This document shows, piece by piece, positions 78,242-94,012 of a stretch of DNA of 248,000 bases; position 1 is the first letter of the stretch; each line of letters begins with the position of its first letter. A program made the position numbers and the translations under genes. A model generated the notes under the pieces. It was not told where the DNA came from and made no database searches. It was given only the letters and a program-made list of their open reading frames with translations. Origin of the DNA: Octopus vulgaris (taxonomy: Eukaryota); contig OX597826.1 of NCBI GenBank assembly GCA_951406725.2, positions 60,036,001 through 60,284,000 of the forward strand, written 5' to 3'.

Positions 78242-79156
78242 CAAATGCACTTGCATATTATAGTCAATATGTCGCTGAGAACAATTATGCATATTACTAT
78301 ATAAATATGCATAGATATTCTTAGATATATAAATGTAAATAACATTTATCTACATTATATATGTAGATGCATACACATTGATACAGACACGCATACGTAC
78401 ATACATATACACACACACATACGATATATATATATATATATATACGCAAATATTAGAGATTGAGGCAGTGTCGTAATATGTATGTAAATATGTACATTTT
78501 ATTAACTCAATCTCCTAAAAGAGAATCAGATTGTAATTCGCGTTAGTATGAAATTGTACAGAAATTTCCATTTAGCTATTTATGTATGAGAAATATTGTA
78601 TCGTAATGCGATATATTAATAATTTTATAATGAAACATATCAAATATAAAAAGAAGTGAAAATTACTTTGCATATAATTCTGAACAATTCGCGTATTGTT
78701 AATATTGAAAAATCTTTATCTAGCTCTTAGTAATTGATTCTTTAGATAATAGATATATGTTAGTAGCTCGAAGCATTTAAATGGGAATGACTTTTATATA
78801 AATATATTCGTACCAATTCCATTTGCTACTCTGTTTTTCTCGTTGTCTTCTTTATATTTGAAGAAATGGAATTATATTGAATAATTTTGTCAAATGGTTT
78901 TTCAAAAGAAATTTCTTTAAGGTAGGCAAAAGAAAATTAATTTTTTGACTTTGCTTCTGCTTATGTACACTACGGAGAAAATATTGATGGAAACAAATGA
79001 AACGGCGCAACCGTTTATTAGCGACACGTAGGAGCATATATGCATATACACACATATAGCGGTACAGAGATAGAGAAGAGAAAACTAATGGCAGATATAT
79101 AAGGTGTCACTGAGATTATATAGCTTGTGTATGAGACTATATAGATAAACACATTC

Positions 79157-79226
<70 letters not shown>

Positions 79227-80023
79227 TACGTACCTATAGAGGAACACTAACTATAACAAAATAAAAAATGATTTTGGTTTTTACCACTATAGAATTTTGT
79301 GAATTCTTGTTACTAATATTTTCAAATTAAGAGACTATCGCTCTGGTTATCTGAGAACTATAACATGAAACTCGAGTTAACTTATAGAAATATTCTACTA
79401 AACAAATAATTTGTTTTGTCTGCAAACGAAGGCATCCCTACTTCGACTTGAAAGAAACATTCTCGTGAATAAAATTAGAATATCTTATTAGTCAAAAATT
79501 AGGAAAAGGGCCGGTATATTTGCAAATAAAATGTTAACACCATCGATATTAATTCATTTGCCTTACAATTAAAACAATGACGATTAATGATATTAAAGTA
79601 CTGACGAAAACAAAAATGGTACAATTATTATATGCAGTTCAATTTGGTAATAATTTATTCCTTCAGAAGCAAGCAAATGGAAGAACATAGAATAATTTAG
79701 AAAGTCAGATTAAAAGTAGGAAAAGTCAGCTCAATGGTAAAATAAGCAAAGGAAACAAGGAAAATACAATTTTTTTGTATAACTTATGGAAGTTCTAGAT
79801 TTCTATATGATCTATAGTTTATAGAACTTTTGAAGGGTCTAGAGAACTTTTAGAACTTAAGGGAGTTCTAGAGTTCTATATGATACTTTTAGAGTTCTAG
79901 AGTTCTATATGATTATGAAATCAGCCACGCTGATTTGGATGCATGCACTACTTCGGAGTGCTCATATCGCATTCCTCCAAACAATTCCTTATGTTTATGA
80001 GAAACGATTTTGATTAGCCATTC

Positions 80024-80064
<41 letters not shown>

Positions 80065-81801
80065 CGTGCGTGCGTGTGTGTGTGTGTGTGTGTGTCTTTG
80101 GTGTCAGCGTGCTGATTATGATTAGTCTTCTTTCTGCTTTTTGCTGTCATGTATATAAATGTTATACTAGTCAGCAACACTGGTGTTGATACTGAAGTTC
80201 GTATAATTTCTTTTGAAACAGAAAACGCAATTAGTTCGTTTTGTTACATTCCATTTTAAAATGTTACTAAACGACTTACGAGGTTGAGACCTTTGACAGA
80301 CCTTTTCTCATGTTTATATATCGCATCAGAATGTGGACAATGATCGTATGCACAGATTTGAATCCAAACCATGTACGACGAACGTTGCATTTCATGATGT
80401 TACTGCAAAGCGCGCGTGCTTTTATATATATTTCTTTACTACCCACAATGGGCTAAACATAGAGGGGACAAACAAGGACAGACAAAGGGATTAAGTCGAT
80501 TACATCGACCCCAGTACGTAACTAGTACTTAATTTATCGACACCGAAAGGATGAAAGGCAAAGTCGACCTCGGCGGAATTTGAACCCAGAACGTAACGGT
80601 AGACGAAATACGGCTACGCATTTCGCCCGGCGCGTTAACGTTTCTGCCATCTCGCCGCCGCGTGCTTTTATATAAGTGCGTGTCTTTGCATGTCTTTGTG
80701 TGTATGCGCATGCGTTTGTTTAGGTATATGTGTGTGAGTGTGTGGACCTTGTGAGTGTGTATAACAGATATATGATCAACTAGTTCGTTTTTATATATGT
80801 TTTCAATATATTTCATTTAGCCATTATTATTTTACTTTATTTTCTTACATATATGTTCTGTAGTACATTTAATGAAATCCTTTTTGAATTTATATGGTCA
80901 CTAATGGTTTGGTTTCAAACTCCATAACTAATATAACCCCAGTGTTTACCCTGGAGATACCAGACGGCAAAACGAGATGAAATGTATTCGCCAGTGCAGT
81001 AAAAAAAAGGATATCTTCATAATTATAAACTTACTTAGTCTGTCTGCGGGGGACAAAACCATAAGAATGCATTAAGTAACTATCATTTAACTGAACAGTC
81101 GCTTCGCTGAATGCCTTCCGTCATCCTATGAAACAGCTACTTAGAGAGACACATAATTTTCTGTTTGCATACGCAGACACTCACATACATATGGATGCAT
81201 ACAAGGAAAGACAGACGCATACAGGCACTCTAGAACGCACAAATATATTTATACATACACACACACACGCACCTACTCACACGCATACACGCGTGCACAC
81301 ACACATATATGTGGATGTATGTCGCACGATAGTAACGGTATTACATGAATCGATACATTAGACGACAGATACATACTCTCACATACATATATGTTTGAAT
81401 GATAATAGCTCGGGAAGAAGAATTCAAAATATATGGATGAGAGTCGAGAAACAGAAATTTTCATAGATCTGGACAGTGATAATTGCAAGAATACAAGAAA
81501 ATGTAATGCACTCTAAAACGTAGATAAATAAATGAAATGCCGCAACGTTGGGTTGTCTGTTCGGAAATTAGATTCAACATTTTGTGTAGGGTGTTGAGCA
81601 TACGTAGAAGCAGACACAGAAAATGGTAAATTTTTTTACTAATGTTAAATCAGTGACATGACATCATTGAGATTGCCAGGATGGAACTTCGATATTTTGA
81701 CAAAACTTTGCATGAACAAAGCAATCAGTTTTCTTCATACAATGTACCACCGACAAATCCGTTAAACACGTAGTTGTGTAAAAGATACAGAGAGACTGGC
81801 G

Positions 81802-81874
<73 letters not shown>

Positions 81875-81907
81875 TATATATGTAGGTATGTATGTATATA
81901 TATATAT

Positions 81908-81979
<72 letters not shown>

Positions 81980-82034
81980 GTGGATATATAGATGGATAGA
82001 TAGATGGATGGATGGATAGATGGATGGTTGGATG

Positions 82035-82085
<51 letters not shown>

Positions 82086-82086
82086 G

Positions 82087-82153
<67 letters not shown>

Positions 82154-82813
82154 GGGAGTGTGTATGAATAATTATTTCGGTATAAGTGTAAAGAAAGAAG
82201 TTTGTGAGCAGCTTAATTATTGGTTCATGAATGTTTGTGTAATTGAGGAAAGAAAACTGAACATAATAAAGTCGTCATTATAAATAAAGATTACCCTAGG
82301 TGATATATTTTCCCTATACTTAATATTTAAAACATCCAAATTGCTCCATATCCAACGACAATCCTGTTTATGTATGTTGTACATCTTCCACGTGAGGTAA
82401 TGGAATAGGAGATAAGTAATTACTTAATTATATCGCATCTTCCATGGAAATGTATTGTTTATAAATCAAGGAAAAGCAGTGCCGAAAGTATGAGAAAACG
82501 AGAGAGCTGCATAGGTAAATACAGGGATAGGTATAAATATTTATCAATGTACCTAATTTATGCAAAGCACTGCAAAGAGTACGGTGTTTCTGCAAGTTCT
82601 AATTTAAAGTAAGTTAGGGAAAACTTTCATTGTTAGATTTTTCTTCTTCTTAGTGTCAGATATGTGAGAACATAGTACATACATATTTGATTCATTATAG
82701 TCCTGTGATGATCCGACCAACGGGATATGAACAGAATTCTCTCAGACGGTAACTGTGCAGATGCAGCTTTTCTACAAAACAAATGTTTTGAAAGGTTGGA
82801 GCATTTCTGCATT

Positions 82814-82865
<52 letters not shown>

Positions 82866-82973
82866 TTCATTTATAAATATACATATATATATACACACAC
82901 ACACATAAATATGCATATATATACATATATAAATATATATATATATTTATACTTATAAGCACACATATATATA

Positions 82974-83014
<41 letters not shown>

Positions 83015-83489
83015 ACATGCACACACACACACACACACACACATATATGTATGTATATATATATATATATACATACGCACGCACACACACAAACGCGAAG
83101 GCCAAAGTAACTCTTTCATCTTTTATCTTGTATGTTTTGCTTGTTTCAATCATATGATTGCGGCCATGCTGGGTCACTACCCTGGAGAGTGCTTCGTCGA
83201 TCGAATCTGTCCTAGTACGTTGTTAAGTATGGTACTTATTCTTTTGTTTTATTTTGTCGAGCTGCTATGTTGCGGGGTCGCAAACAAACAAAGAACGGTC
83301 GTCAGATGATGCTTGGGTATTATCAAAGACACAAAATCACCACCCTTACACACGCATCTCTCTGACCTGCTATATATAGCTATATCTATCTATCTGTATA
83401 TAGATATATATATACACACACACTAACACACACATACACACACACTAACACACACATACGCACACACACATATATATATGTGTGTGTGT

Positions 83490-83780
83490 GTGAAGGCGCA
83501 TGGCTAAGAGCTTACGATCGTGAGGTTGTGAGTTTGAATGCCGGACCGGGCTGCGTGTTGTGTTCTTCAGCAAGACACTTTATTTCACGTTGCTCCAGTT
83601 GCGACGTCACTGGTGCCAAGTTGTATCAGCCTTTGTCTTTACCTTGGATAACACTGGTGGCGTGGAGAGGGGAGGCCGGCATACATGGGTACTGCTGGTC
83701 TTCCATAAACAACCTTGCCCAGACTTGTGCCTGGGATGGTAACTTACTAGGTGCAATCCCACGGTCAGTCATGACTGAAG
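83490..83780 (+). mobile_element. tRNA-derived SINE family D
   Basis: Same head and body as family E, different tail (...CTGCTGGTCTTCCATAAACAACCTTGC...GGTGCAATCCC); copies at 38770-39085(-), 49290-49500(-), 142605-142905(-). Confidence 0.82.
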
Positions 83781-85646
83781 GACGAGCTTCTTTCAGTTTC
83801 CTCCTGCCATATCTACTCACAAATTTTTGTAATTCTGACGCAGAAATATACATATACATGAGCGTGTGCGCGTTTATATATGTTTATACGTGTACACCAT
83901 CATATAATATCATCTACTGGTTTGATAGTTCGTTCTTTAATGGACAATATATTCGCATGTGTGCAGAGTATGAGATTATATGAGTGTGCGTTTTATATAT
84001 ACATAAACACATATATATTCAATGTATGATATATATATATATATATATATATATATCATTGTAGGTGCTACTGGGATGAAGATGGAGGGAAGTTTAAAAA
84101 GAGAGAGGCGAAGCGAAATGGCGACTGAGGAATATATATTAAACATGAAACAGAGTAACAGAAGAGAAAGCTGGTCAGCGAAGCAGCGGATGTTTGTGCT
84201 CGTATGGGTGTATGATTTTATAAACAATCCGTACAATTTTAGATATCATTAAAGAGCAATTTGTGCAGCAATTAGCATGCATGTATTTTTTTCAGAAATA
84301 ATTTCCGGCAGCCATTAAAATTATCCATATTGTTATGTTTTTCAATGTTTACTAGAGTTGGAAAGTTGATGTATTTTGTGGAACTGTGTGTATGTGTGGA
84401 TGGGTATATATGTGTTTGTTTATAACAGTCAAACTCTTCGTATGCAGCCGCTTACGCACATGCTTTAATCTAACGCACAGTGTGTGATTATATACGTAGG
84501 TATTTCTCCAGCTTCTACAATTTTATATAATGCACAACTATCTATCTTTCTATCTAACTATTTATCTATCTATCTATCTCTCTCTCTCTCTCTATCTATA
84601 TATATATATCTGTCTATCTATCTATCTATATATATATATATATTTACATTCAAATATATACATACATATATACATATGTATACATATATATACATATATA
84701 CATATATATACATATATATATATCATATATGTTTTTAAAAATATTTAGATATATAGATACATAAATTCATGCATATGTATATGCACATATATATGTGTGT
84801 GTGTGTGTGAGTGTGTGTGTATCTATGTATTTATAAGTGTGTATGTATCTACCTATATATGTATATATATATATATATATGTATAGATAGATAGATAGAT
84901 ATATGTATGCATGTATGTATGTATGTAAGTATGTATGTATGTATATATTTGCATAAACTTCATGTAAGTGGAAACATTACATTATTATAATTCTTATCAG
85001 ATGTAACTATTTCTTAGAAAACTTGTAGACTTTTAGTTCGAATCATCCATGGAACATTCCACATGATTTTGCTTTGAGAGGAAGCGGGTACCATTTTCTA
85101 ACACAAAATAGAATCATCTGTTATCTAAAGTTGCATTCACTTCCAGAAACATTGCCAATCAATGCTCTTACATTCTGCAAGGCATAGAAATATATACGGA
85201 TGTAGGTTGCTCATGCAGAATTCGTTGGAGGAATTCGCTTAAATTTTATAGAAAGATTAGAATATTATGAATTTCTTTCTTCCTATATATTTCTTGGCTT
85301 GATGTTGAAAAGAGGAGGATCAATTATGTTTCGTTTTAGGATTTGCCTTGTAATGTAACGGGAACATGGCTTTTGCACAGATAAATCCATCTATCTATCT
85401 CTCTAACGAACTATCTATCTATCTATCTATTTATCTATGTATCTCCTTCTCTCTATATATTTGTGCGTGTGTATAGATACATATATATATAAGAATTTTT
85501 TGCGTAATAAGATTAAAAAATCCAAGGCTGTGTAGATATTAGAGAATTTATAGATAGGTGTTTCTAGGATATTTATTAATAATATCCCTTCATCGGAGAC
85601 GGTATGAGAGGATAGTTGAGTCATAGTTTGTTTTAGAATATAAATA

Positions 85647-85705
<59 letters not shown>

Positions 85706-85933
85706 AAAAAAAAATGAAGCTGGATCTCTTCCTGTCAGGTGTCCCAGATGAACCAACTTCACGGCAGGAGGGGCAGATGAGGGCAGCTGCATCGAACTCT
85801 CTCATGCACCAAATAGCAGTTGCTAGAAAGCCTCCATGAAGTGAAACCAAGTAGCAACACCAAATGGCGGTGCCCCAGCATGGCCACAGCTCATGAGCTG
85901 AAACTAGAATCAATCAATCAATCAATCATATAC

Positions 85934-85966
<33 letters not shown>

Positions 85967-86428
85967 AGTGTATAAATATATGATCAGATACATACATCCA
86001 TAAATATATAATCATACATGTATATAAATACGTATTTATACATGTATATAGACACACATATATATATATATGTGTGTGTATGTGTGTGTGTGTGTATATA
86101 TATGCATGTATATATCACCGTAATCACCGTGACCGACCAGACTATCAGATGTTGCTACACATCGCTAGTCATAATGCGCTTCGCATTGTTTTTAGCCTTC
86201 AACTGACGCCACCCCGCTGGCTAAGCGAGCAGGCCAACACAAGAAAGAGTGAGAGAAAGTTGTGGCGAAAGAGTACAACAGGGATCGCCACCACCCTCTG
86301 CCGTGGCCTCGTGGAGCCAAGGTGTTTTTGCTCAATAAACACTCACCACGCCCGGTCTGGGAATCAAAACCGCTATCCTACGACCGCGAGTCCGCTGCCC
86401 TAGCCACTGTGCCATTGCGCCTCCACGC

Positions 86429-86466
<38 letters not shown>

Positions 86467-87090
86467 TTATCTATTTACGTATATATATGGCAAATAAAAG
86501 ATGGAAGATGTAATATACGAGAACTTATTATTAATCACGTATGTGCGTGTGGATGTGTGCGTGTGGATGTGTGTGCGTGTGCGTGCGTGTGTGTGTCTGC
86601 GTGTGTGTGTTTGAATGAAAGTAGTTAGGTAAATACGACTGGAATGGAAAGAAAAAATATTTTCAAATGAAAACAAAAAATACAAAGGAAGACACAGTCA
86701 GAAACAGACAGAGAATGCAGCCTGAGTGGGAGAATTAAATAGAGATATCACTAAAGCTAATACATATTGAATCTAGAAAACAAATTTCATAGCTTTCTAA
86801 ATTATACTAAAATTCTTACTAAAAATATGAGTGTATATTATTTATGGATAATATACACAGGGAATATATATATGCTAAAAGAAATGTATATATGAAATAT
86901 ACACCGTATACTAATGGTACTTTTACAAATGTGGAATGATTTTATTTTATATTAATAACTGAAGCAGAGCTTTTAAATTTTCATCAGCGTACATCAAAAC
87001 AAGGGAGTATTAACATTTGGTTGATATTAAATTTGTTGTGAATGTTTTTACTTGCTTTTAATTTCTGCGTCTATATTTTTCACTTAATTG

Positions 87091-87136
<46 letters not shown>

Positions 87137-87548
87137 GTGGATTAAGGTATATCAAATTATATACGTGTGTGGTATTGTACAGATGTAATAATATTATCTT
87201 ACGTAAAATTGCAAAAAAAAAAACACGGAATTAAAAACGTATCATTTCGGAGTACAAGCATTAAAAATTCCGCATATAACACTGACACACGATATACGTT
87301 TCTTTTTCTCTAAAAATCATGTGCATTTATAAAACACAGGCGGATTTTCATTTTTATATTAATGGCGGTCGAATTTTATCATATTCTATCTATGCACCTA
87401 TATCCGGCAGTCAGTCATTATATGTACCAAACAATCTTCCTATCAAACTATATATGTATATGTATATACACACGTATATGTTGTGTATATGTATATACAC
87501 AAAGAAATATGGACGCAAACACAAATATCCATATATCTGTCTGTGTAT

Positions 87549-87624
<76 letters not shown>

Positions 87625-87737
87625 ATTGAATTTGACTGTGTTAGTACCTTTGTCTTGATCTGACTATAAATATTTCTGCATTCAACACGTGTTCAGGCTT
87701 GTCGATAAGTAATTAAGAGTTTTGAGGATTTTCTCTT

Positions 87738-87862
87738 TTGCTTTCTTCTTCTTCTTCTTCTTCTTCTTCTTCTTCTTCTTCTTCTTCTTCTTCTTCTTCT
87801 TCTTCTTCTTCTTCTTCTTCTTCTTCTTCTTCTTCTTCTTCTTCTTCTTCTTCTTCTTCTTC
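87738..87862. repeat. (TTC)n microsatellite
   Basis: About 40 perfect units. Confidence 0.97.
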
Positions 87863-87915
87863 TCTTTATTTAATACACAGACACTCATATATACAATCAT
87901 ATAAACAATCACATT

Positions 87916-87962
<47 letters not shown>

Positions 87963-88164
87963 ACATGTAAATATATGAATGTATGTATGTATGTATGTAT
88001 GATGTATGTACACGCATTCAAATATATTTCACCGGCCCTAAATGTATTTCTGATTTAGGTTTCAATAATTTACAAGAGGCTTCCAAGAATTCATTATTAA
88101 TACATTACATTAATTATATATATGCATACATACGTACATACATACCTACATACATACATATATA

Positions 88165-88230
<66 letters not shown>

Positions 88231-88379
88231 AGTCCTCACCATACACTCGCACCACACCCTTCCTACATCCCCCACACAAACACGCCCACATCACCCCATA
88301 CACACACCTCAGAACACCACATATATGTATATATGCATATATATATATATACATTTGAAACTTGAACATATTACCCTAT

Positions 88380-88780
88380 GTAGCAAACAAGAAGCTACGG
88401 ATCTCTACGACACCCTCACGTTCAACAACGCCATTTACTTAGGATCACATCTATATCTAAAAGTGTTTGGAATGTTTACTTCATACACACTATCAAAAAT
88501 ATGGGCGAAACTACTGTGTGCCTTTTTATCTATGGAAAATATGCTCTCCAACAGATTACTCTTGGTCTCTGACACCTTTCTCTTTTAGCATCAAAAGTAT
88601 ATCAATTTTCTTCTAATTCGATTGTGGTGAAACTCCTCCGGCTCATTTGCCTGTGGGAAATGTCCCTTGTGACATACACTTGTCATACTTGTCTACTAAC
88701 TGGATCTCGTCCACATCTAATATGACTTCAAGGGATATGGAACTTTCATAGTTTTGATTGCAAAGCAGTGAAATTGTTTC
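88380..88780 (+). mobile_element. Possible Penelope-like RT fragment (heavily degraded)
   Basis: LTFNNAIYLGSHLYLKVFGM...KIWAKLLCAFLSMENMLSN loosely aligns by eye to the PLE RT motif NxFxFNxxxYLQxxGxxMG...ANLFMxxLE. Confidence 0.4.
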
Positions 88781-89620
88781 TATTGCTCATATTTTCAGCG
88801 AGTAGTCAAATTTTCCCGCAATCTTTCAACTGGTGCTCATTTTATCAACACCGAAAGCATAACAGGTAAAGTCGCCTACGAAGGAATTTGGACTCAGAAA
88901 ATAAACACTTGCTAACGGTTCTGTTAACTTGCCCTCTTTAACTCTATCTAATGGTGGGTAATTTCAATGTCTAAATAATAGAAAATGTAAAGAAAAAGAC
89001 AGAGGGCTTGATTCTTGATGAAAGGGTCAAGTAATCGGAGCAAGAAACAGCAGAATAAATACTGATACAGAAGACATTTCTCTGAATGAATTATACGTCG
89101 TGAAAACAGTGAGATAGCTGCATTGTAGATATTGTCTATGAATGTAAAATAATTATTCAGAACGCCTATAGGCGTAGGGGTGGCTGCGTGGTAAGTTCTT
89201 GCTTACCAACCACATGGTTCCGAGTTCAGTCCCACTGCGTGGCACCTTGACCAACTATCATTTACTATAGCCTTGTAAGTGGATTTGGTAGACGGAAGTG
89301 TCTTCTACTATAGCCTCGGGCCGTCCAAAGCCTTGTGAGTGCATTTGGTAGACGGAAACTGAAAGAAGCCCGTCGTATTTATGTACATGTATATATGTGT
89401 GTCTGTGTGTCTGTGCTTTCCCAACATCGCTTGACAACCGATGCTGGCGTGTTTACGTCACCGTAACTTAGCGGTTCTGCAAAAGAAACCGATAAAATAA
89501 GGCGGTGCTCCAGCATGGCCGCAGTCAAATGACTGAAACAAGTAAAAGAGTGATCTTTATAAGAACTGGAAACATGAAAAGTTTGCTACAATTATGCATT
89601 GGGAATTTCTAAAAAAAATA

Positions 89621-89688
<68 letters not shown>

Positions 89689-92643
89689 GTAATAATAATA
89701 ATAATGAACTCTAGTTTTGTAAAAGGGGAAGATTGATATGACCATAAAACAGAGAATACGTACTTCAATATGACCTTGTAAAGGTACTTTGGGCTTTGAA
89801 ACATATATGGATACGCGAAAAAAACTTTTACGCCATGCTGTTATCGAAAACATTAATGAAGAAACACTATGCTGCTTAATAAATGTTCGTCAGTTTGATA
89901 CTAGTATTGTAGGAAATGAATGTGAAGAAAGAAAAAAACGGCAAAAAATACCAGGAACAAAATACGAACTTCATTGAACCAGGAAACATTAAAAAATCTC
90001 CTTTATCCCAATGGTGATAGGAGAATAGAGAACAGTAGCAAGAAATCACCTGAACTGTTTGAATGTGTGGAATGCAGTGATAAAAAAAAATCCTAATTCT
90101 ACAGAAAGCTTGTTTTCATGACACAGCATTTGACAACAAAAGTGTACTTAGTACCTGAGATTGCCGCATGTGAATAGACTTATTGTATCCAGTACCAGCA
90201 ACGCAACGAGATTCTGACTTAATGCGTATAGAAATAATAATGAGAAGGAGGATTATGAGGGAGAGGAAGAGAATTTAAGCACAATGAAATAGATATAATT
90301 ACGGATAAAACGGCTGTGGTCATTGGTCTTTTGAGTAGAGATGTGATAATCTGGGTTCATCACATATTTGTGCATCAAGGATGGGCTAAACTGAGGCGCA
90401 ACATATCCGTTGGTTAATTCATTGGGTCAGCTCAGATTAAGCTTTCATCTGTTGATTAAATATGGCATATCCATGAAAGTGGGTGTATGTTTGTTTTTTC
90501 AAATGTGTATAACGCGAGGCTTATTGTTAATCTATCGCTCAGACCTGAGACTAACTATTTACCTGTTAATAAAATAGGGAATACCTTTCTTAAACGTATG
90601 TCTGCTGATCTCATATCAGGTCATTTGAAGATAACTGACAATGACATAAACGACCGAAATAATAACGGGTACATTCACACCCATCCACTCAAGTTTAACA
90701 TGAAATTTGGAAGAGTGGAGAAAAATAGAATTTTCTGAAATTACTTTATCATTGAATAAAAAAAACAACTTCAGCAACAGTTTCTGTGGTGAGTAGTTTG
90801 TGGTGTCTGTGGTTGGAGTATGGGTAAAAATGTTAAAACTGCTTTAGAGTAATAGAAATATAATTGAAAGAAGAGGAAGGAGATATTTTAAAATGAAATT
90901 TTGATTAAACCCGGCTACTTTTATTCCTACCGTCAACATCTTTGATAACTTCAACATATCACTGTTTAATTAATTTCAATAAATCCACATTCAGCTCGCA
91001 ATAAATGCTTGTAGCAATATCCTATAGACACCGCGTGATACTATTTTATATTGAAAAAATATCTTCTTGACAATGTGTCAAGAATTCTTAAGTTCCCCAC
91101 TTCTAGCAAGAAATTGTACTTCAGTTTTTATTTCAAATATGTTCGTAGTAAGAGTAGGGAAGTATAGATGGCTTTTCAAACACTCGTAGCAGTTAATTAA
91201 TAATTCTTAGAATAAATCCGAAATAATCATCAATAATTGTAAATTGCTTTCTTTTACAATTATTGAGGTATTCGCTACAAATAAACTGTCACGTAGTTAC
91301 ATATATTATTTTGTGGAATACTTGTATAATGTAATTCCGAATGGCTAATGTGGGATTTTCCTGGATATTATTTTCGATTTTCATTATTTTCAGAATTTTC
91401 AACGTTCTATTTTTGTTTAACTGATATGTATATTTGTAAGTTTACTGAAGAAATAAGACTGACGATGTGGAACAAAATTGCATCAGTTACAAGATGCTTT
91501 ATAGTCATTCAAGCCAAATAAACATTTTCCCAGTTCTGTATAATTGGTTACAACCTATCCATCAAATAAATATCTATACCTGAATGCCCCCGCGCTTAGC
91601 AATCTATCTCGTCTCTCACTCACGCTAGAATATGGAGTTTCTAATAGCTATAAAAATTTACCGAACGATCAACACTGAACTAGGTTTATTATAGTTCGGT
91701 ATGGTTTAGTCTGACATGATGGTCAAACAAGAAAAAAACGTATAAGCAGAAGAACAGCAACAGCAATAACAACAACGACGAAGACGTCAGCAACAAAAGC
91801 AATAACAACAACAATGGCAATGGCAACAACAATAACAACTACTACAACAGCAAGAACGAACGCTTGGTTTTAGTAATTTCTCCTGTTCGAAAACCCTTTA
91901 TTTATTTATGCGCTCTTTTCAAGCCTAGCCAGGCTCGGTTTCCCGTTTTCTATGGAGTACGTGTTCCCCCCAGCTGGACGGGACGCCAGTCTACCTCAGC
92001 GTTACTCAAGAAACAGGAAGAAAGAGTGAGGGAAAGTTGGGGTGACAGATTACAACAGGGGTCACCACCACGCCCTGCCGGTGCTTTCGCTCAATAAACA
92101 CACACAACGCCCGGTCTGGGAATCGAAATGGCGATCTTCCGACCGCGAGTCCGCTGCCCTAACCACTGCGCCATTGCGCCTCCACTTCAAAAACCCTTAT
92201 CTTCCCGTAAATGTCAAAAATCAAAGACGTAAATCAGGTCAGAATGATTTCCTCACATTTGGACAGCTGGAATATTTGAATTTCCAGGGTATCTAAATTC
92301 TGAAATCACATTCAGTAGTAAATCTCTTGTTGCTATGTATTACATTTGAAGGATTGTTACCAAGTCATTGTTTCTTCAAATAGATATTATTGACGACAAT
92401 CGCGGACTTAAATCTAAAATGATGTTAACACAAGAAAAAAGGAAAAAAATCTGAAAAGCTAACTGCACGATTCAACAGAGAACAGCTTAGAAGGGTGCCA
92501 AGGTTTAGTTGAGCGGATCTAAAGAATATTCAACGATCAAAATCTACGGGGCATTTTATCTAAATTCTTCAATATTTTTATTACTACTTTTGTTCTTACG
92601 GTTGCAAACCCTAGCGAAATTTTGTAATACATGGGTACGCAAT

Positions 92644-92703
<60 letters not shown>

Positions 92704-92728
92704 ATACTTCTCCTTAGTATCATTGTTA

Positions 92729-92805
<77 letters not shown>

Positions 92806-93299
92806 GTGGTGGGGATAATGGTGGTGGTACTTATCACACCATTTTAAAATTGGTAAGTTTTACTGGTGAAAGTGATACAAAAGAGAAAAAAAATTGCACT
92901 ACTGCGTAGATCAATATGATTTTGCGCAGATATCTTTATCTATTTGATGTTCGGTATTCATTCGTCATTGGGGGCTTTTATGTCTTAAAGGTTTGAACTT
93001 AGCGTTGATTCGAATCGAGTTAATTCGCATCCAGTGCCCAAATTTGTATACAGAGACGTGCAGTCAACACATACACACACACACATACACACATAAATAT
93101 ATACACATACACAAGCACAGTCATATAACAAACACAGTCATATAACAAACACACTTATAACAAACTCGCATACTCACACGCACACAACTCAAATATTTTC
93201 TATTCTCTTCCCAATAAAGTATATACGTCTAAATTTATATATTACTAAATCGAGAGAGCGTTGTAAGTCATATATCAGAGTATGTACATATATGCACAC

Positions 93300-93840
93300 A
93301 GGAATACCATCAGTGGAAGCAGTTAAGTTTGTGTCCACCTCATCTATGGCTAGTATTATGTCTTCTTCACAAATGTTCATATAATCCATCGTAGCTGCCT
93401 CGCTGGACATACGTGTGGCGGCAAAGAAATCCACCGGTTCATTCACTTGTCTATGTTCCAACATAAAGACACTTTTGAACACGTCATTCAGTAACTCACA
93501 GATCCTTGTTGGGTTATCTGTGAGGGAACTATCCTTTTGGAATATGTGTCCTATTTTGCAGGGAACTGAGGTTGTTTCTTTGACATAATGAAAGAAGGCC
93601 TTTCGGTTTGACTTCATATGTTTATATAACCCAGGCTTCTTTGTCTGCACTCTCCTTCAATAGAGAATTGTTGCAATCTTTTTTCAATCTCTCAGTGTTA
93701 TTTTTAGGCGGGAATTTTCATTACTTTTGGGATGCTGGTTTAACCGATTTGCAAACTTCGTCCTTCGTCTCATGAGGTTCTTCCGGTCCCTTGGAATCTC
93801 GTTTCTTTTTATGATGGCATTGTGCTCTGGGACAATTTTC
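93300..93840 (-). mobile_element. CR1-group LINE ORF2 fragment (APE-RT linker)
   Basis: KSNRKAFFHYVKE...ELLNDVFKSVF...MDYMNICEEDIILAIDEVDTNLTASTDGIP matches the CR1/L2 pre-RT linker. Confidence 0.8.
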
Positions 93841-93928
93841 TGGCTTTTGATATATATATATATATTTCTATATATGTATAAACCTGTCAGTCTGTCTATC
93901 TATCTATCTATACCTGTCTATCTGTTTA

Positions 93929-93963
<35 letters not shown>

Positions 93964-93964
93964 G

Positions 93965-94012
<48 letters not shown>

